Assembly (NCBI GenBank): GCA_951406725.2
Contig: OX597825.1
Location: 15,024,001-15,086,000 of the forward strand
DNA from: Octopus vulgaris
Taxonomy: Eukaryota
Direction: 5' to 3'
Length of the DNA: 62,000 bases
The notes under the pieces were generated by a model that saw nothing but the letters and a program-made list of their open reading frames with translations, searched no databases and was not told the DNA's origin. Positions 41,501-53,901 of the stretch are shown here, piece after piece; the first letter of the stretch is position 1; the number at the start of each line of letters is the position of its first letter. A program made the position numbers and the translations under genes.

Positions 41501-44500
41501 GTAATCAGAGAATGGCATTAGAATACTTTCCACTATAGACAAAATGCCTGAAATCTTGGGAAAATAGTCCAGTTCATTTCGTTCCCCCCACTGCATGTAC
41601 TTGTTTTTTCGGCATCGAAAGCAGGGGCGAACTAGGTGGTATTTCACCCCCGAGTGTATGGCAGTATCAATAGAATGCCAGAGAGTATTCATTCGAGTCT
41701 ATGTTTATTTTTCGTTTAGATTTCAAGTTTTCATCCAAAGACCAAGTAAAGATAGATTATATATTCAACCCCTCCTCGGGCTATATAAAAATTACTATGA
41801 AAAACTCGCAGGCAATCACAAAATACGCATTGTTTATATCACAATACAGATCAGACTAGATTGTGCAGGCTAAGCTATATTTAAAGCACACACTCAACAT
41901 TTCCTTTATTCATTTTCCTCTATTTGTGTACAACACACATCATGTAATGCATCATTTTAGGAGATAACGATGTATAGTTTATGGGGTATTCAGCAAATAT
42001 CCAATTGCTCAGCAATCAGTTCGTTCTCTTTGAAGTGTGAGAGGAATTTTTTCCTAGATTGATATTGTTTTAGTTTCTCTCAGGTTCAACTGAAAAATTT
42101 CAATGTCAGATGATAGGTCAGTCATTTTCTTCTGCGCACACTTCTCAAAGATGTTGGCCTTCTTTTCAATGTTATAAATTGATAAGGTAACTTTAATATC
42201 AAGAAGAATAATGCCAGATTTCTAAGTGGAGACCCACAAGTCAATTTGCAATATATTCGAATGGCATTCTAAGTTTTAATACATGTGGAAAAGGAATCAG
42301 TTATTGTGTTTTTCTCAATCCGTAAAGCAACCAGTAAAGCAACCATGCAAATAAACAAAGGATTCAAAAATTAGTGGTAATAATGGTAATGATGAGGGAT
42401 TTGTTGACCCTAGTCTCCTAATTATTGTGTTGGTTTACTTTAACATCACATTTGACTTAGCATTGAAAAACATTTTAACGTGATCATCCCCCCTGTACCA
42501 TATTGTTATATATATATGGATGGAACCACACTGGCCATATGTCATGGGGGTCATGGTGTTTCTATTGCTTATTAAGAGAGTGAAGAGTAGCTTCAATAAC
42601 CAATACTTTAGGTCCTCGAGTACTGGTACATATGAATGTGGGGGGAGGGGTTTCGTATATGTGTCCGAGTGTTTTGTGCGTGTGTGTGTGCGTATGTGTG
42701 TGTGTTATATCAAAATCATTAGGCTTTGTTGTTTGATACTGATGTTCGATTGTCTTCTGTGATGCTATCTGTGAAGATGCGAACAGTACTCTCTATCAAA
42801 ACAACATACCTTGGGCAAGATTCTCTCAAGACATTGGGTAAATCTTAGAGTCATTTAGAATTGCTTTCAGGACTAAACCGGATCGTTTACAGGGCCACAA
42901 ATACGAGCACCTTCATTTCCAACCTCAACAACGGGGCTTAATTTCGGCAATCAACATTCATACATTTTGATATCTTCGACCCCGCACAGTTGAAATTACT
43001 TGTGCTGAATACACAATATATCTTCACGTCTAAGAACGTCTACATGGGAAAACTTATCCTAATATTTAATGCATAGAATCTCCAGAAGAAATACGTGAAA
43101 AGGATTCAATATTTAAGCAAATTACCCAGTATCGATGTTTCAGCCACAGCGAGACAGTTCGCTGGAAAAACTGCATTGATATCCATCTGAGTAGATACGA
43201 AGCCTACAATTCATATAGCAACTTTCCGAAGGCTGTCACCGCATTGTCGATATACGATCACTATTCAAATTAAAGGCAAATAGTTGAGGCTACTCCACTC
43301 CCAAGTTAATCAATAAAGAATCACCACTCCCAAGTTAATCAAAGTTGTTTACACATTCAAGTCAGTTCCACAGGATGTACAAATTAGTTATGTATTTCAA
43401 GAGAATTCTAGAGGGGTTCCATTTCTGTAGACCTCATGTTGAGGTCGACATTGTAGCAGGCCTTTGAAAGTTGATTGATATAGGCTTCATGGTAGACAGG
43501 TATTGTAAATGTTGTAGAGAATCATCTCAAACAAATTTTGACTGACATAGCTGTTCAACTTTGACTTTTGCTGGCAATCAGCAAATTTTATTCTTCAATC
43601 CGTAAGATTTTAGAGGACTCAAGAGCGTTGGTTTGATTCATCTGCGAAACGCCGGTGTTCACGCAAAGATGTCTCACGAATAAAGACGCGCGTGTGTAAA
43701 CAAAACAGTAACAGAACAAAAAAAAAAGGAAGAGGAAGAAAACTGATGACTTCTATAAAAACAAGAACCATAAACTGTTGGACATGTTTTGTCAGTGTGA
43801 CTCTCGTGAGACGAAAGTGTTGTCTTGAGAAAGACATGGTGTATGGACAGGGTGTGCGTCATGGAATGGTAGAATGACAGTCAGGAACGAAGTGAAAAAT
43901 AGAGAGAAAGAAAGATTGTAGGAGTGTGTCAAGAGTCAAGATGGTCGAAGTGGAAGTTAAGAAACACTGTAATGAAAGAAAAGAAACAAACAAATTTGTC
44001 ATAATAAAAGATATAGTTGAAGACAAATTCAAAATAATTATGAACGACAAGTAGAACCAGCAAAAGAAAAAGAGAAATTACAAACACAGATAAACTTATT
44101 TAATGCACGCATACTTGTATGTGAGTGTGTTAGTGTGACTTTTCATACGTTTTTGTTTAAGTGTATTGACAGAAATCCTGTTGTTTCGTCTCGACCATCT
44201 ATGAACTGTAACTAATGAAACAGCTGAGCACAGCGTTATAAGGTAACCGCTGTAATGCGAAATTATAATTAAGTCGAGTGGGAGAATTGGCTGCAGTAAA
44301 TTTCATGAACTTATCATTCTTGAAATCGCGTTCTCTTGATAAAGACCTCTGTGGCATTCATTGTTTGATCTTTCAACTTAATATCATGATCTTCTAACTT
44401 GAAATCGTCTGTTATAGAAATTATGTAAATACACGTGTACTTACAAAGAAAGTTAGATAGTAGAACGCACAAATGTGTAACATCACATACATCCTACATA

Positions 44501-47500
44501 AACACACTGGCACAATAAAATGATATACATAGCGAAAGATATTGGAAAGACACACAATGCGTTATGGAGAAACACAAGAATATATATATATATGTGCATT
44601 TCACACATCCATTTACACAGTCAAGCATGAGAACTCTCTCGTACAGATACTAACTCTGTACAAACCAAAGTTAAAACAACAAATTCTAAAGTTGCTTCTC
44701 TCTTCAATTTACAAACAAATTTCAATCCAAAATGTACGGCTGAACAAAAATATTTTAAAAACTGACAGAGAAATTAAAATTGGAAACTTATTTCATTAAA
44801 AAGAAAAATCATTTAAAAAAAATTATATTAAACATTCAAGATTATTTAGAATTTTGATTCAAGTCCAAATTTCAATTTCGATTTGTTTCATTTTTCATTT
44901 ATTTGTTTTTTCTTTTATTCGGTTGTTTTTATAGCAATACCATTTGCTCTTCCCAACCAAATCCTGTTTACGAAAATATCACGGTTTTATTAATGCGAAA
45001 TTTCAAACCAAAAACTCCAGAAAAAAATGTGCAAACAAAAAAATTAAACTAAAATACGCAATACCGATCGAAACGGTACGTAGCATATTTTTATAATTTG
45101 TATATTTATTTTTTCTGTGTTATATCTGCATGTTATCATTGAAATATTCAATCATGCGCAAATAAAACTTTCAAGACTATGAAATTTTACATCTAAATAT
45201 TTTTATGACTAAATTACCAGTTGAATGCCTTCATACACTGGACTGGCAAGAAGGATTTTTCACACTGTGATGACATATACAATTTTCATGTGTTCTTCGC
45301 AGTTTTCTATTTGCCAGATAAAATCTTCCAGGCCATTAAACATCTGAAATAAGAATTCAACTGAATCTTTTGCTTTTGATTCAAATGTTTGTGTCTATGG
45401 AAGCTGAAGTTGGGAAAATAGCACGTCGTCATAAGAAATCATAGACAGCTGAAGATCGTGATTTCTTGTTTTCTCCATGGCGCCAGTGGGAAAGATATAA
45501 AATGTGAACTCATGGAAACAGATTCTTTAGTACGCCGTAATAATATTATTTTCAATAATGTTCCGCTCATAAACGAAACGATGAAATACATGTTTAACTG
45601 TCCCAAAATAATTAATATCTGCATGGTACCTGTATATTTTATATCACAGCTCAACTAGAATTCGAAAATGTAGATGCTAGGAAATGTAATAAAACTTTGA
45701 ATAGTTCGAACGACAGTGAAGTTTAGTCTGTAGTTTTTGCCTATGAAAGAAATGGTTCCTATTGTTGTTGTTTTTCTTTTGTTGAATTTTTCCTTCAGTA
45801 ACATCAAACACAGCCACATGCCATTGAGGCATATTATCTCGTTGTCGGAATCAGCGTCAGGTGAGCTCTGGATGTTCCCGCCCGAGATTACAAGACATTC
45901 TAACTGAACATTCCAGCTTTAATGTCAGACAGTGTCAGACAGCGTATCCAGTATTACATTAGGTGATATACCTATCTCTCCAATTAAGACTATACTGTAT
46001 CATTTTATAGAAACCTTGTTGTTATGTACAGTAGGCAGCCACAGTGAGAGCTATGTAGTTTATTTGAGTAATTGCATATCATTTATATAACTGGTGGCTA
46101 GGTCTCCGCACTGAATGTGTATTAGTATTTTGTAAAGAGACTCTAATACTTTTCTAGAAGTTTACAGATATAGATTATCCTAAGTATTCAATCCTACATA
46201 ATTTGAATGGGAGCATATGTGAGTTTATATTTAATGCTGTAATTACTATGTAGAACATCCTTATAATCACCCTCTAAAAAAATTCCCGTAATTCTAAATC
46301 CTTGTATTTCATTTCTTTGCTTTCTAACCTATGCTCTTCTAAATCATTCCTAATTACTTATTTTGTGAATTTTACCTGCAAAATTACTCAGCCATTTACG
46401 CTGGGAATTTCCTATTCAAATGTGATATTTAGCAAGGGCTTACGAATGTGACATCACTCAAAAGCAGTTACTGGACAATGTCTCTGGATTTTCAGATTTG
46501 CTGTGTATCATTTCTATGTGTACTGAACATATCATATTGCTTGCTCATCTACTTCATTATTTCATTGGCACATTCAATCAAATATGACTGCTTATTGAGA
46601 ATAAACCGTTGTGAATTGTTAACGAGCTCTCGATTAAATTCAATTTGTTCCACGAATTTACTTTTATCCGTTTCAGGTGGCTGTAGAAGAATATCGCTCA
46701 CTTGATGTCTCATATCTCTTATTTCCTTTCATTGTGTCTAAGATAAGAAGACATGATTTCCAGTTTGTCAGTGCTTCTTGTAATATCTAACTTAATAGTT
46801 ACATTGACTTTTGTAAATTTATCACCAACCATACACATATATTTCTCCCATCAATTTACATCGTGTTACTGGTTGAAGACAAAATATTCTATTAACTTAT
46901 TTTGCTCATAACAGTTGGTATCTGAATGCATCGTAAACTTCTTGCCAACAAAAGACTGCCTCACCTTTGAACAAACTCTAGCAAAGAAATTCACTTGTCT
47001 TTTTCTCCTTCACTTTTGAAATCTTGCAATTATATGGATGATCATTATGTTACATATTGCTAGATTGTATATTAATTTCTAATTTCAAGCCCAAGCTACA
47101 AAATTTTATTCACAGTATATAAACAAGTAATATTTATGTAGTTGTGGACCTCACTCCCGTATTTACGCTATCGTTTTTGCTTATGGATTTTTTCCTATTG
47201 CTGTCTGTCGGTAACGTTATTAAATAATGGTCGACATGTTGTGAGCAAATGCATACTTATAAACCATTTCTAACTAGAAGTCTATCAGAACCTCTCCACC
47301 TAGACTTTCTAGTTTGGTAGTTTCGTTATTTCTTTCACTATTAACCGTTTGCAACGTAAGTGTAGTCTTATTTATTATCCACGTAACCGCTGCATCCACT
47401 TTACGTGAATGTGTTAGTTCAAATGTTTGCCCAGTATGTTTTGATGTTCTTCCCTGCAGTTCAGTCACTGATATAAATCCTTTTCATTTTCTCTAAGCCT

Positions 47501-48133
47501 TCAGTTTTCTGTTTATATTATTTGATCTACAGTGTGTGTATCTATTAAATTCCCCAATATCGTATTGATTATATGTTATATTTATTTTCTTACAATCTGT
47601 AGATCTTCTCAGCTTGAATTATATTTCCTTTGTAATGATTAAGTTTATTTCCCTGCAGGCTTCAACGTACAGAATTTTAAGCCGAACATCGATTGTATCG
47701 ATCTCACAAGTAAAAGAGGGAACACAAAGGAACTGCCCGATCTAAACAATATCAACATGCAGCCCTTTCATTCTTTGTTTCCACTATAGTTCTCTTTATT
47801 TTCACTTTGTATTACACTGAATATGTAATATTTCAGTGAAGAATGATCTCTCTATGATATCACAGATTATAAGTATAATTAATAAAATGCCTGAATATAC
47901 ATTTCAGCACATCATTAAATTTCAAAGCTGGAAAATTTAATCTGCCACGCTTAATTCCATTTAATATGGTAATCATTCTCATTATCTCTAGTAGGTACCT
48001 CTTCTTTTACATAACATACGCTCTCCTTCCTCGTCTTCTTCTTCTTCAACTTCTTCTACTCCTTCTTCTTCTTCTACCCCGTCTTCTTCGTCTACTCCTT
48101 CTTCTTCTTCTTCTTATTATTATTATTATTAGT

Positions 48134-48350
48134 AGAGACGCATGGCTCAGTGGTTAGAGCCTTGCGCTTACGATGGTGAGGTTGTGAGTTTGATTCCCGG
48201 ACCGGGGTACGTGTTGTGTTCTTGAGCAAGACACTTTATTTCACGCTGCTCCAGTTCACTCAGCTGTAGAAATGAGTTGCAGCGTCACTGGTACCAAGGT
48301 GCATCGGCCCCTTTGCCTAGAAGGGAAATTTTCTAGGTGCAATCCCACGG
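48134..48350 (+). mobile_element. CORE-type SINE flanked by (CTT)n/(ATT)n and (CAT)n tracts
   Basis: Same head and CORE as the 3051 copy. Confidence 0.8.
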
Positions 48351-48388
48351 TCCATATCCTCATTGTCCGCATCATATTCAACATCATC

Positions 48389-48421
<33 letters not shown>

Positions 48422-48736
48422 GTTATCATCGCCATTATCGTCATCAAACTCGTCATTGACATCCTTGTTGTCGTCATTGTTCTTCTCTACTCTAGGCACA
48501 AGGCCCGAAATCAAGGTGGGGGGCCCAGTCGATTAGATCGACCTCCGTAGGCAACTGGTACTTAATTTATCGACCCCGAATGAATGATACTCGTCTGTAT
48601 TATTATTACTCTTACTCTATGAACATTAAAATTTGAGTTGTTTGATGTAGTATTATAAGGAAAGGATTCTACATAAATACATGCAGAAATTATAATATTA
48701 TTATCTTGTTTAACTTATTAACATACGTTGTGATTA

Positions 48737-49046
48737 CGCGTGGAGACGCAATGGCCCAGTGGTTAGGGCAACGGACTCGCGGTCGGAGGATCGCGGTTTC
48801 GATTCCCAGATATTTGCGTGTGTTTATTGAGCGAAAACACCTAAAGCTCCACGAGGCACCGGCAGGGGTGGTGGCGACCCCTGTTGTACTCTTTCACCAC
48901 ACCTTTCTCCCACTCTCTCTTCCTGTTTCTTGAGTAACGCTGCGATGGACTGACGCCCCGTCCAGCTGGGAGGAACACATACGCCACAGAAACCTGGAAA
49001 TCGGGTCCATGAGCCTGGCTAGGTTTGAAAAGGTCGCGAAGAAGAA
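48737..49046 (+). mobile_element. Full-length tRNA-derived SINE ending in (GAA)n
   Basis: Head gtggagacgcaatggcccagtggttaggg; B box gtttcgattccc; 10-bp TSD gttgtgatta. Confidence 0.9.
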
Positions 49047-49624
49047 GTTGTGATTATGTATTTGCCAGTATGCGATCTTTTTCGACCCTGAGTATCTATA
49101 ATTGTAGGGATTTGATACTATTTCAAGACCCTCAATGGTGTTATCTGTATTTCCTGGTTTTTATATTTGTGTAACCTCTTTATTCCTTTAGAGCATATAT
49201 TATCAGGTGTTTGAACACAGTTCCGAGGAGGCAATGAATCTGCCAAACCCAAAATAACAAATGCTTCACAAGCGGCCATAAATATCTTAAAGTTTTTCCA
49301 ATGTGGTCAACGTAAAATTTAGATACAGTTGCAAAAGTAAACATTATCTCGATATTCAGTGATGAAATACAATATATCGTAAAAGAAATAAATACAGACA
49401 ATTTACAGGTAAACAAATACATTTGCTAGGCAGAAATCCAATGAGTGGTGAAAGGGAAATATTTGAAGAAAAATGCAATTGATGGGGAAACGTTACTATG
49501 AAAGGCTACAGATATATCGGCAAAAGAAGTGGAATGCTCAAAGCCAGGGCCTTATAATACATACAGCAATTCTATAAAATAAAGCAGAGAAAGTCAATGT
49601 TTTACTGGAAATATGAGGGTCGTA

Positions 49625-49858
49625 AAGGCGGCGAGCTGGCAGAATCGTTAGTACGCCGGGTGAAATGCGTAGCCGTATTTCGTCTGCCGTTACGGTCTGA
49701 ATTCAAATTCCACCGAGGTCGGTTATGCCTTTCATCCTTTCGGGGTCGATACATTAAGTACCAGTCACGCACTGGGGTCGATGTAATCGACTTAATCTTT
49801 TTGTCAGTTCTTGTTTGTCTCCTCTGTGTTTAGCCCCTTGTGGGTAGTAAAGAAATAG
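49625..49858 (+). mobile_element. Full-length SINE family A (AAAGAAATAG tail)
   Basis: aaggcggcgagctggcagaatcgttag...ttgtttgtctcctctgtgtttagccccttgtgggtagtaaagaaatag; 14-bp TSD atatgagggtcgta. Confidence 0.92.
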
Positions 49859-50633
49859 ATATGAGGGTCGTATAAACTATACTGGGAAATATAATCTTGA
49901 CAATAACAGTATACCGCACTCTTTCGGTAAATGCATATTTTTTGAAATAGGGTATTGATTGAAACATGTTTAAAATTCGATGAGGCATCAGACACTGTAT
50001 TATAACTTTGTAAGTATATGTCTTCTCGTTTCCGTCCGACCATTACGCAGATGAAATTGCTACACAATTATTTCAACGCAGCGAAAATAACCACTTATTC
50101 AAAGAGGTACTTAACAAATTCATTCTCTGCAACACAGAAGATTATCAAATAAAATCAACAATCATGGTCACTATTAAAAACATATACACTGTGACAATAT
50201 AAAATGACTTGGAGTTATAAAGAATATATCTGGAACATTCATAATATATGAATAATGCAATTAAACATAAGAATACATCGCGAAAATTAATTAGAAAACA
50301 TTCAATTGTTCCACAGCTTTCTATCAGAAAGAAGCAATAACAATGCCATACATACATTATATTGTATAATTCCTTCAATAAACTTACAACCAGTTGAATG
50401 TCTCTAGTAGTCATACAGCGACCACAACAGACTACAATATAGACGAAACATAGACTAGAAAATAGACGAATAAAGAACTGATTACTCGTCGTCATTTATT
50501 TTACACAGAGCTCATACTTCACAAGACAAATATATTAGAACCATCGAAGAATATATGGTGACCTGATGGATAAAGTTTCACACTGTAGCATGAATCATCT
50601 GTCATATGTGTGTGTGCGTTTGTTTATGTCTGT

Positions 50634-50830
50634 AGGTGCATGGGTTAGTGGTTAGGGTGTCAGCATCATGATCGTAAGATTGTGGTTTCGATTCCTGGAC
50701 CGGGCGACGCGTTGTGTTCCTGAGGAAAACACTTCCTTTCACGTTGCTCCAGTCCACTCAGCTGGCAAAAATTAGTAACGCTGCGATGGACTGCCGTCTC
50801 GTCCAGCTGCCGAACATATATGTTAGGCAT
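50634..50830 (+). mobile_element. CORE-type SINE
   Basis: tRNA head, CORE segment and tail gtaacgctgcgatggactg...gtccagctg shared with the 48737 family. Confidence 0.75.
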
Positions 50831-50849
50831 TAAAAGGGCGCATTGTTTG

Positions 50850-50891
<42 letters not shown>

Positions 50892-50904
50892 ATGTATACT
50901 CTCT

Positions 50905-51115
50905 CTCTTTTACTTGTTTCACTAATTTGACCTCGGCCATGCTGGAACACCGCCTTTAGTCGAACAAATCGACCCCAGGACTTATTCTTTGTAAGCCTAG
51001 TACTTATTCTATCGGTTTCTTTTGCCGAACCGCTAGGTTACGCGGCCGTAAACACACCAGCATCTGTTGTCAAGCGATGTTGGGAGGACAAACACCGACA
51101 CACAAACACCCACAC
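50905..51115 (+). mobile_element. SINE-like repeat fragment (family also at 60925-61085, minus)
   Basis: ttttacttgtttca...gcctttagtcgaacaaatcgaccccaggacttattctttgtaagc matches the reverse complement of the 60925 copy. Confidence 0.7.
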
Positions 51116-51128
51116 CCATCCCCCCCCC

Positions 51129-51169
<41 letters not shown>

Positions 51170-51291
51170 ATGTCGCACGTTCGGATACCTCTACTACTCT
51201 GTTTCTTTATTAGCCACAAGGGCCCAAACATAAAGGGGAACAAACAAAGAGAGACAGGACACCACAGAGAGGACAATACATAGAACGAATA

Positions 51292-51451
51292 AGGCGGCGA
51301 TCTAGCAGAAACCTTAGCACGCCAGGCGAAATGCGTAGCCGTATTTCGTCTGCCGTTACGTTCTGAGTTCAAATTCCGGCGAGGTCGACTTTGACCTTCA
51401 TCCTTTCATCCTCTCTGTGTTTAGCCCCTTTGAAGGTAGTAAAGAAATAGA
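51292..51451 (+). mobile_element. Internally deleted SINE family A inserted in the 3' UTR of copy B
   Basis: 17-bp TSD aatacatagaacgaata (51275-51291, 51452-51468). Confidence 0.9.
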
Positions 51452-51574
51452 AATACATAGAACGAATATGATGAGATCATTATATAATAATGGGGTTATG
51501 AATGGCTGCATGCGCCACGTATCACGTCACATGCATCACCATTAATATTTTTAAACTGTCCGTTTTTATCATAT

Positions 51575-51948
51575 ACTAGCAGTATCGCCCGGCGTTGCTC
51601 AGGTTTGTAAGGGAAATAACTATAAAGCATTTTTAGAGAGTTATAGCCAAAAAATAGAAAAAAAATGATGGTAAATTTTTTTTCAGAGTTAAAAAAGGTG
51701 GAGTTGCGTCCCCTAGACGGTCTGTGGTTTGGGTTTCTGATTCTCGACCCCATGTCGAATTTATCGATTTTTTCAGAACTGGGGGAACTTTTCAAAATTT
51801 TCGCCGCGTTAGTTTTGAATTATGACATTGGGCTATGTGTGTGTCAAGTTTCATCAGAATCGGTTGAAAGCCGTGGTCAGGGTGAGGGTACGAGAAAACA
51901 GACACACAGAAAACGCACAGACAAACTGCCGTTTATATAGAGAGAGAT
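51575..51948 (+). mobile_element. Non-autonomous Helitron-like element (Lep1/HINE-type)
   Basis: Starts actagcagtatcgcccggcgttgctc, contains gtcaagtttcatcagaatcggttga and (acag)-like repeats, ends tatatagagagagat. No TIR or TSD seen. Confidence 0.65.
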
Positions 51949-52120
51949 TTAACTAACAATGAATTATCGTCTACCATTACAATTATTTGAAACCTTATAT
52001 GTTCTCTAAAAATGTTCTTCTATTTTCCGATATTATTAAACATAACATAAAACACTTACTCTTTCTTTTTTTCCCTTTTTCTTTTATTTTTTCTTGTCGC
52101 TTTCACATACTTATTTATTT

Positions 52121-53447
52121 TTAGTAATATTTCATTAGTGGTTCGATTTATACTAAATTCACTTCTGGTGGCAATTCTTTGAATTCCACACCCTTATTCC
52201 TGATGGGTCGATATTATCTCCACACATTTCTTGTAGTCTTTTATAACTTTCCTTTTCAATTACTATCGCCTTCATATCCTCTGCATATATGTATGCTGGT
52301 ATCTTTACCCTGCTTCAATATTCTTCGTGTAGGTTACGTAATACCATACACCGTCTCCTTTATTTTGGCTTTTCTGTTCTCTCTTTTCCTCCTCCACTCT
52401 AAACACTCTTTCCAATTCTTCTTCGGCCAGCTGAATTTCCGAATCCTTTTCTACCGGAGCAACTGGTATTTTTAATAGTAGCTCCATTTTCTTTTTACTT
52501 TCGTTCTCGGCCTTTTGTCCTCCTTTCTGCTGACCTCCTTCACGGTTTCTTTTCTCATATCTTCTCTCTTCGTTTTTCTGGCGGAGAACCATTCCCTCCA
52601 CTCCTCCTTCTCTTTTTCTTTTACAATAGTCATATCATCATCAGATTCCTTTGTCTCAACCTGTTCCTACCTGGCCCTCGCTCTCTTGTATTCCCACCTG
52701 CTCTGCTTGTTGCGTTTTTCTGGGTGCATCATGGCTTCGTCTGGCCTTTCTCACCACATCCAAAACATACAGACGGCCTGCCCTCCACCTTCATTCTCAT
52801 TGCAAAGCCGTCAGACAAAACTATCTCCTCGGGCACTCCTATTTAAATCGTCCACTGTGCCTGGATAGTGAGCTCTATCCCATAGCCCCAGTAGTCGAGC
52901 TTGTTGGTTCTAGTGGCCTTTAATATTTTTGCTCCGTCCTTCATATTATACATTATGGCTGTCATGAGCCATGCCTCTTCCAGTTCAGGGGGTACTTGGG
53001 CTACTCGTACTCTGGCCACACGTTTTCCGCAATAAGACGGCAAGAGTACCCACTCCTCCGATCGTATTGCCTCTGTATCATACTTTATTCCCTCTCCTTT
53101 TGACGTGAAGTGCACATCTACGGTGGCATACCTCCTTCCTCTTGTACTAAAACTTGTTAGCTTTTTAATATTTTCCAAAACATTTTCTAACTCCTCCACT
53201 GTCGCATCTCTATTTTCCTTGTAGCAATTCTCATAGTCTTATAGGTAACTGTTCTCTTCATTATGCTGTTTGTCAGCTCTGCGAGTGACGTCAACTTCAA
53301 CGTCTCACCCTGCTTCCCCAGTAGCTTTTCGCATGCTTTCATTTTTTGGGGGTTCGACTTTGATTTCAAAAGGCTCCAACGTTCTTTCTTCTGCTCCCTT
53401 TACAGTTGCGGCCGCATATTGTGGCCGCCCGCTGGCGCCTTATACAT
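52121..53447 (-). pseudogene. Gag/ORF1-like zinc-knuckle protein pseudo-ORF (copy B)
   Basis: Stitched from frameshifted segments: YAAATVKG...EELENVLENIKKLTSFSTRGRRYATVDVHF...GYGIELTIQ...EEIVLSDGFAMRMKVEGRPSVCFGCGEKG...KAIVIEKESYKRLQEMCGDNIDP...EFKELPP. The layout resembles L1/Tx1-clade ORF1. Confidence 0.7.
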
Positions 53448-53901
53448 TTTTCCTCAATGGGAAAATTTAACACAATAAAATTTTAACAATATTAACAAAC
53501 AACAATAACGTACAATCAATTAACTCTCTACTCAACTTCAAAAATATCACCTGTTACTCCGCTCTACTCTCGACACGTTTCTTTATTTTTCACCCTGGCC
53601 ACTAACACAGAGGGGGACACTAAAAGGACAAACACAACACCACAGTGGGGACAATAAGCATAAAACGAATGAGGCTGAATATTATATAATAATGGAAAAT
53701 GAAATGGCTGCATGGGCCCCACTCCTCATGCAGTATCATTTGAACGTTTGTACACACTATATAACAAACGTGTTATTTTGTGTGTTGTGTTTTTTTCTGA
53801 ATTATCATTTTGTTTCCTCTTTTTCCTTCAAAGCAATTTTTCATTTCCTTTTTCCTTTTAAAAAAAAAACAAAGTAATTTTACTTACTGTTTTTTTCCTT
53901 T

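Larger units (their letters stand above)
51202..53577 (-). mobile_element. ORF1-only non-LTR-type element, copy B (near full length, two nested insertions in 3' UTR)
   Basis: Decayed ORF 53447 to 52121 with RRM-like RVRVAQVPP..., zinc knuckle remnant CFGCGEKGQTKP*C (52726-52767), charged region and C-terminal domain. Then ~600 nt of native 3' UTR ending AATAAAGAAA (51202-51211). No RT or endonuclease between ORF and tail. Confidence 0.75.

Noticed and set aside
45799-47710. Plus-strand exon-like pieces at 45799-45860 and ~47659-47709 with good splice sites
   Set aside because: Peptides have no recognisable homology; such sites arise by chance in AT-rich DNA.
49859-50517. Possible mariner-type MITE starting tatgagggtcgtataaa
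   Set aside because: Right-end match is too weak to call TIRs.
51170-53760. Copy B read as an LTR element flanked by direct repeats (51170-51540 and 53560-53760)
   Set aside because: The repeats are strongly diverged, lack TG...CA ends and a PBS, and each follows its own ORF, so they are better explained as 3' UTRs of two tandem units. Not fully excluded.
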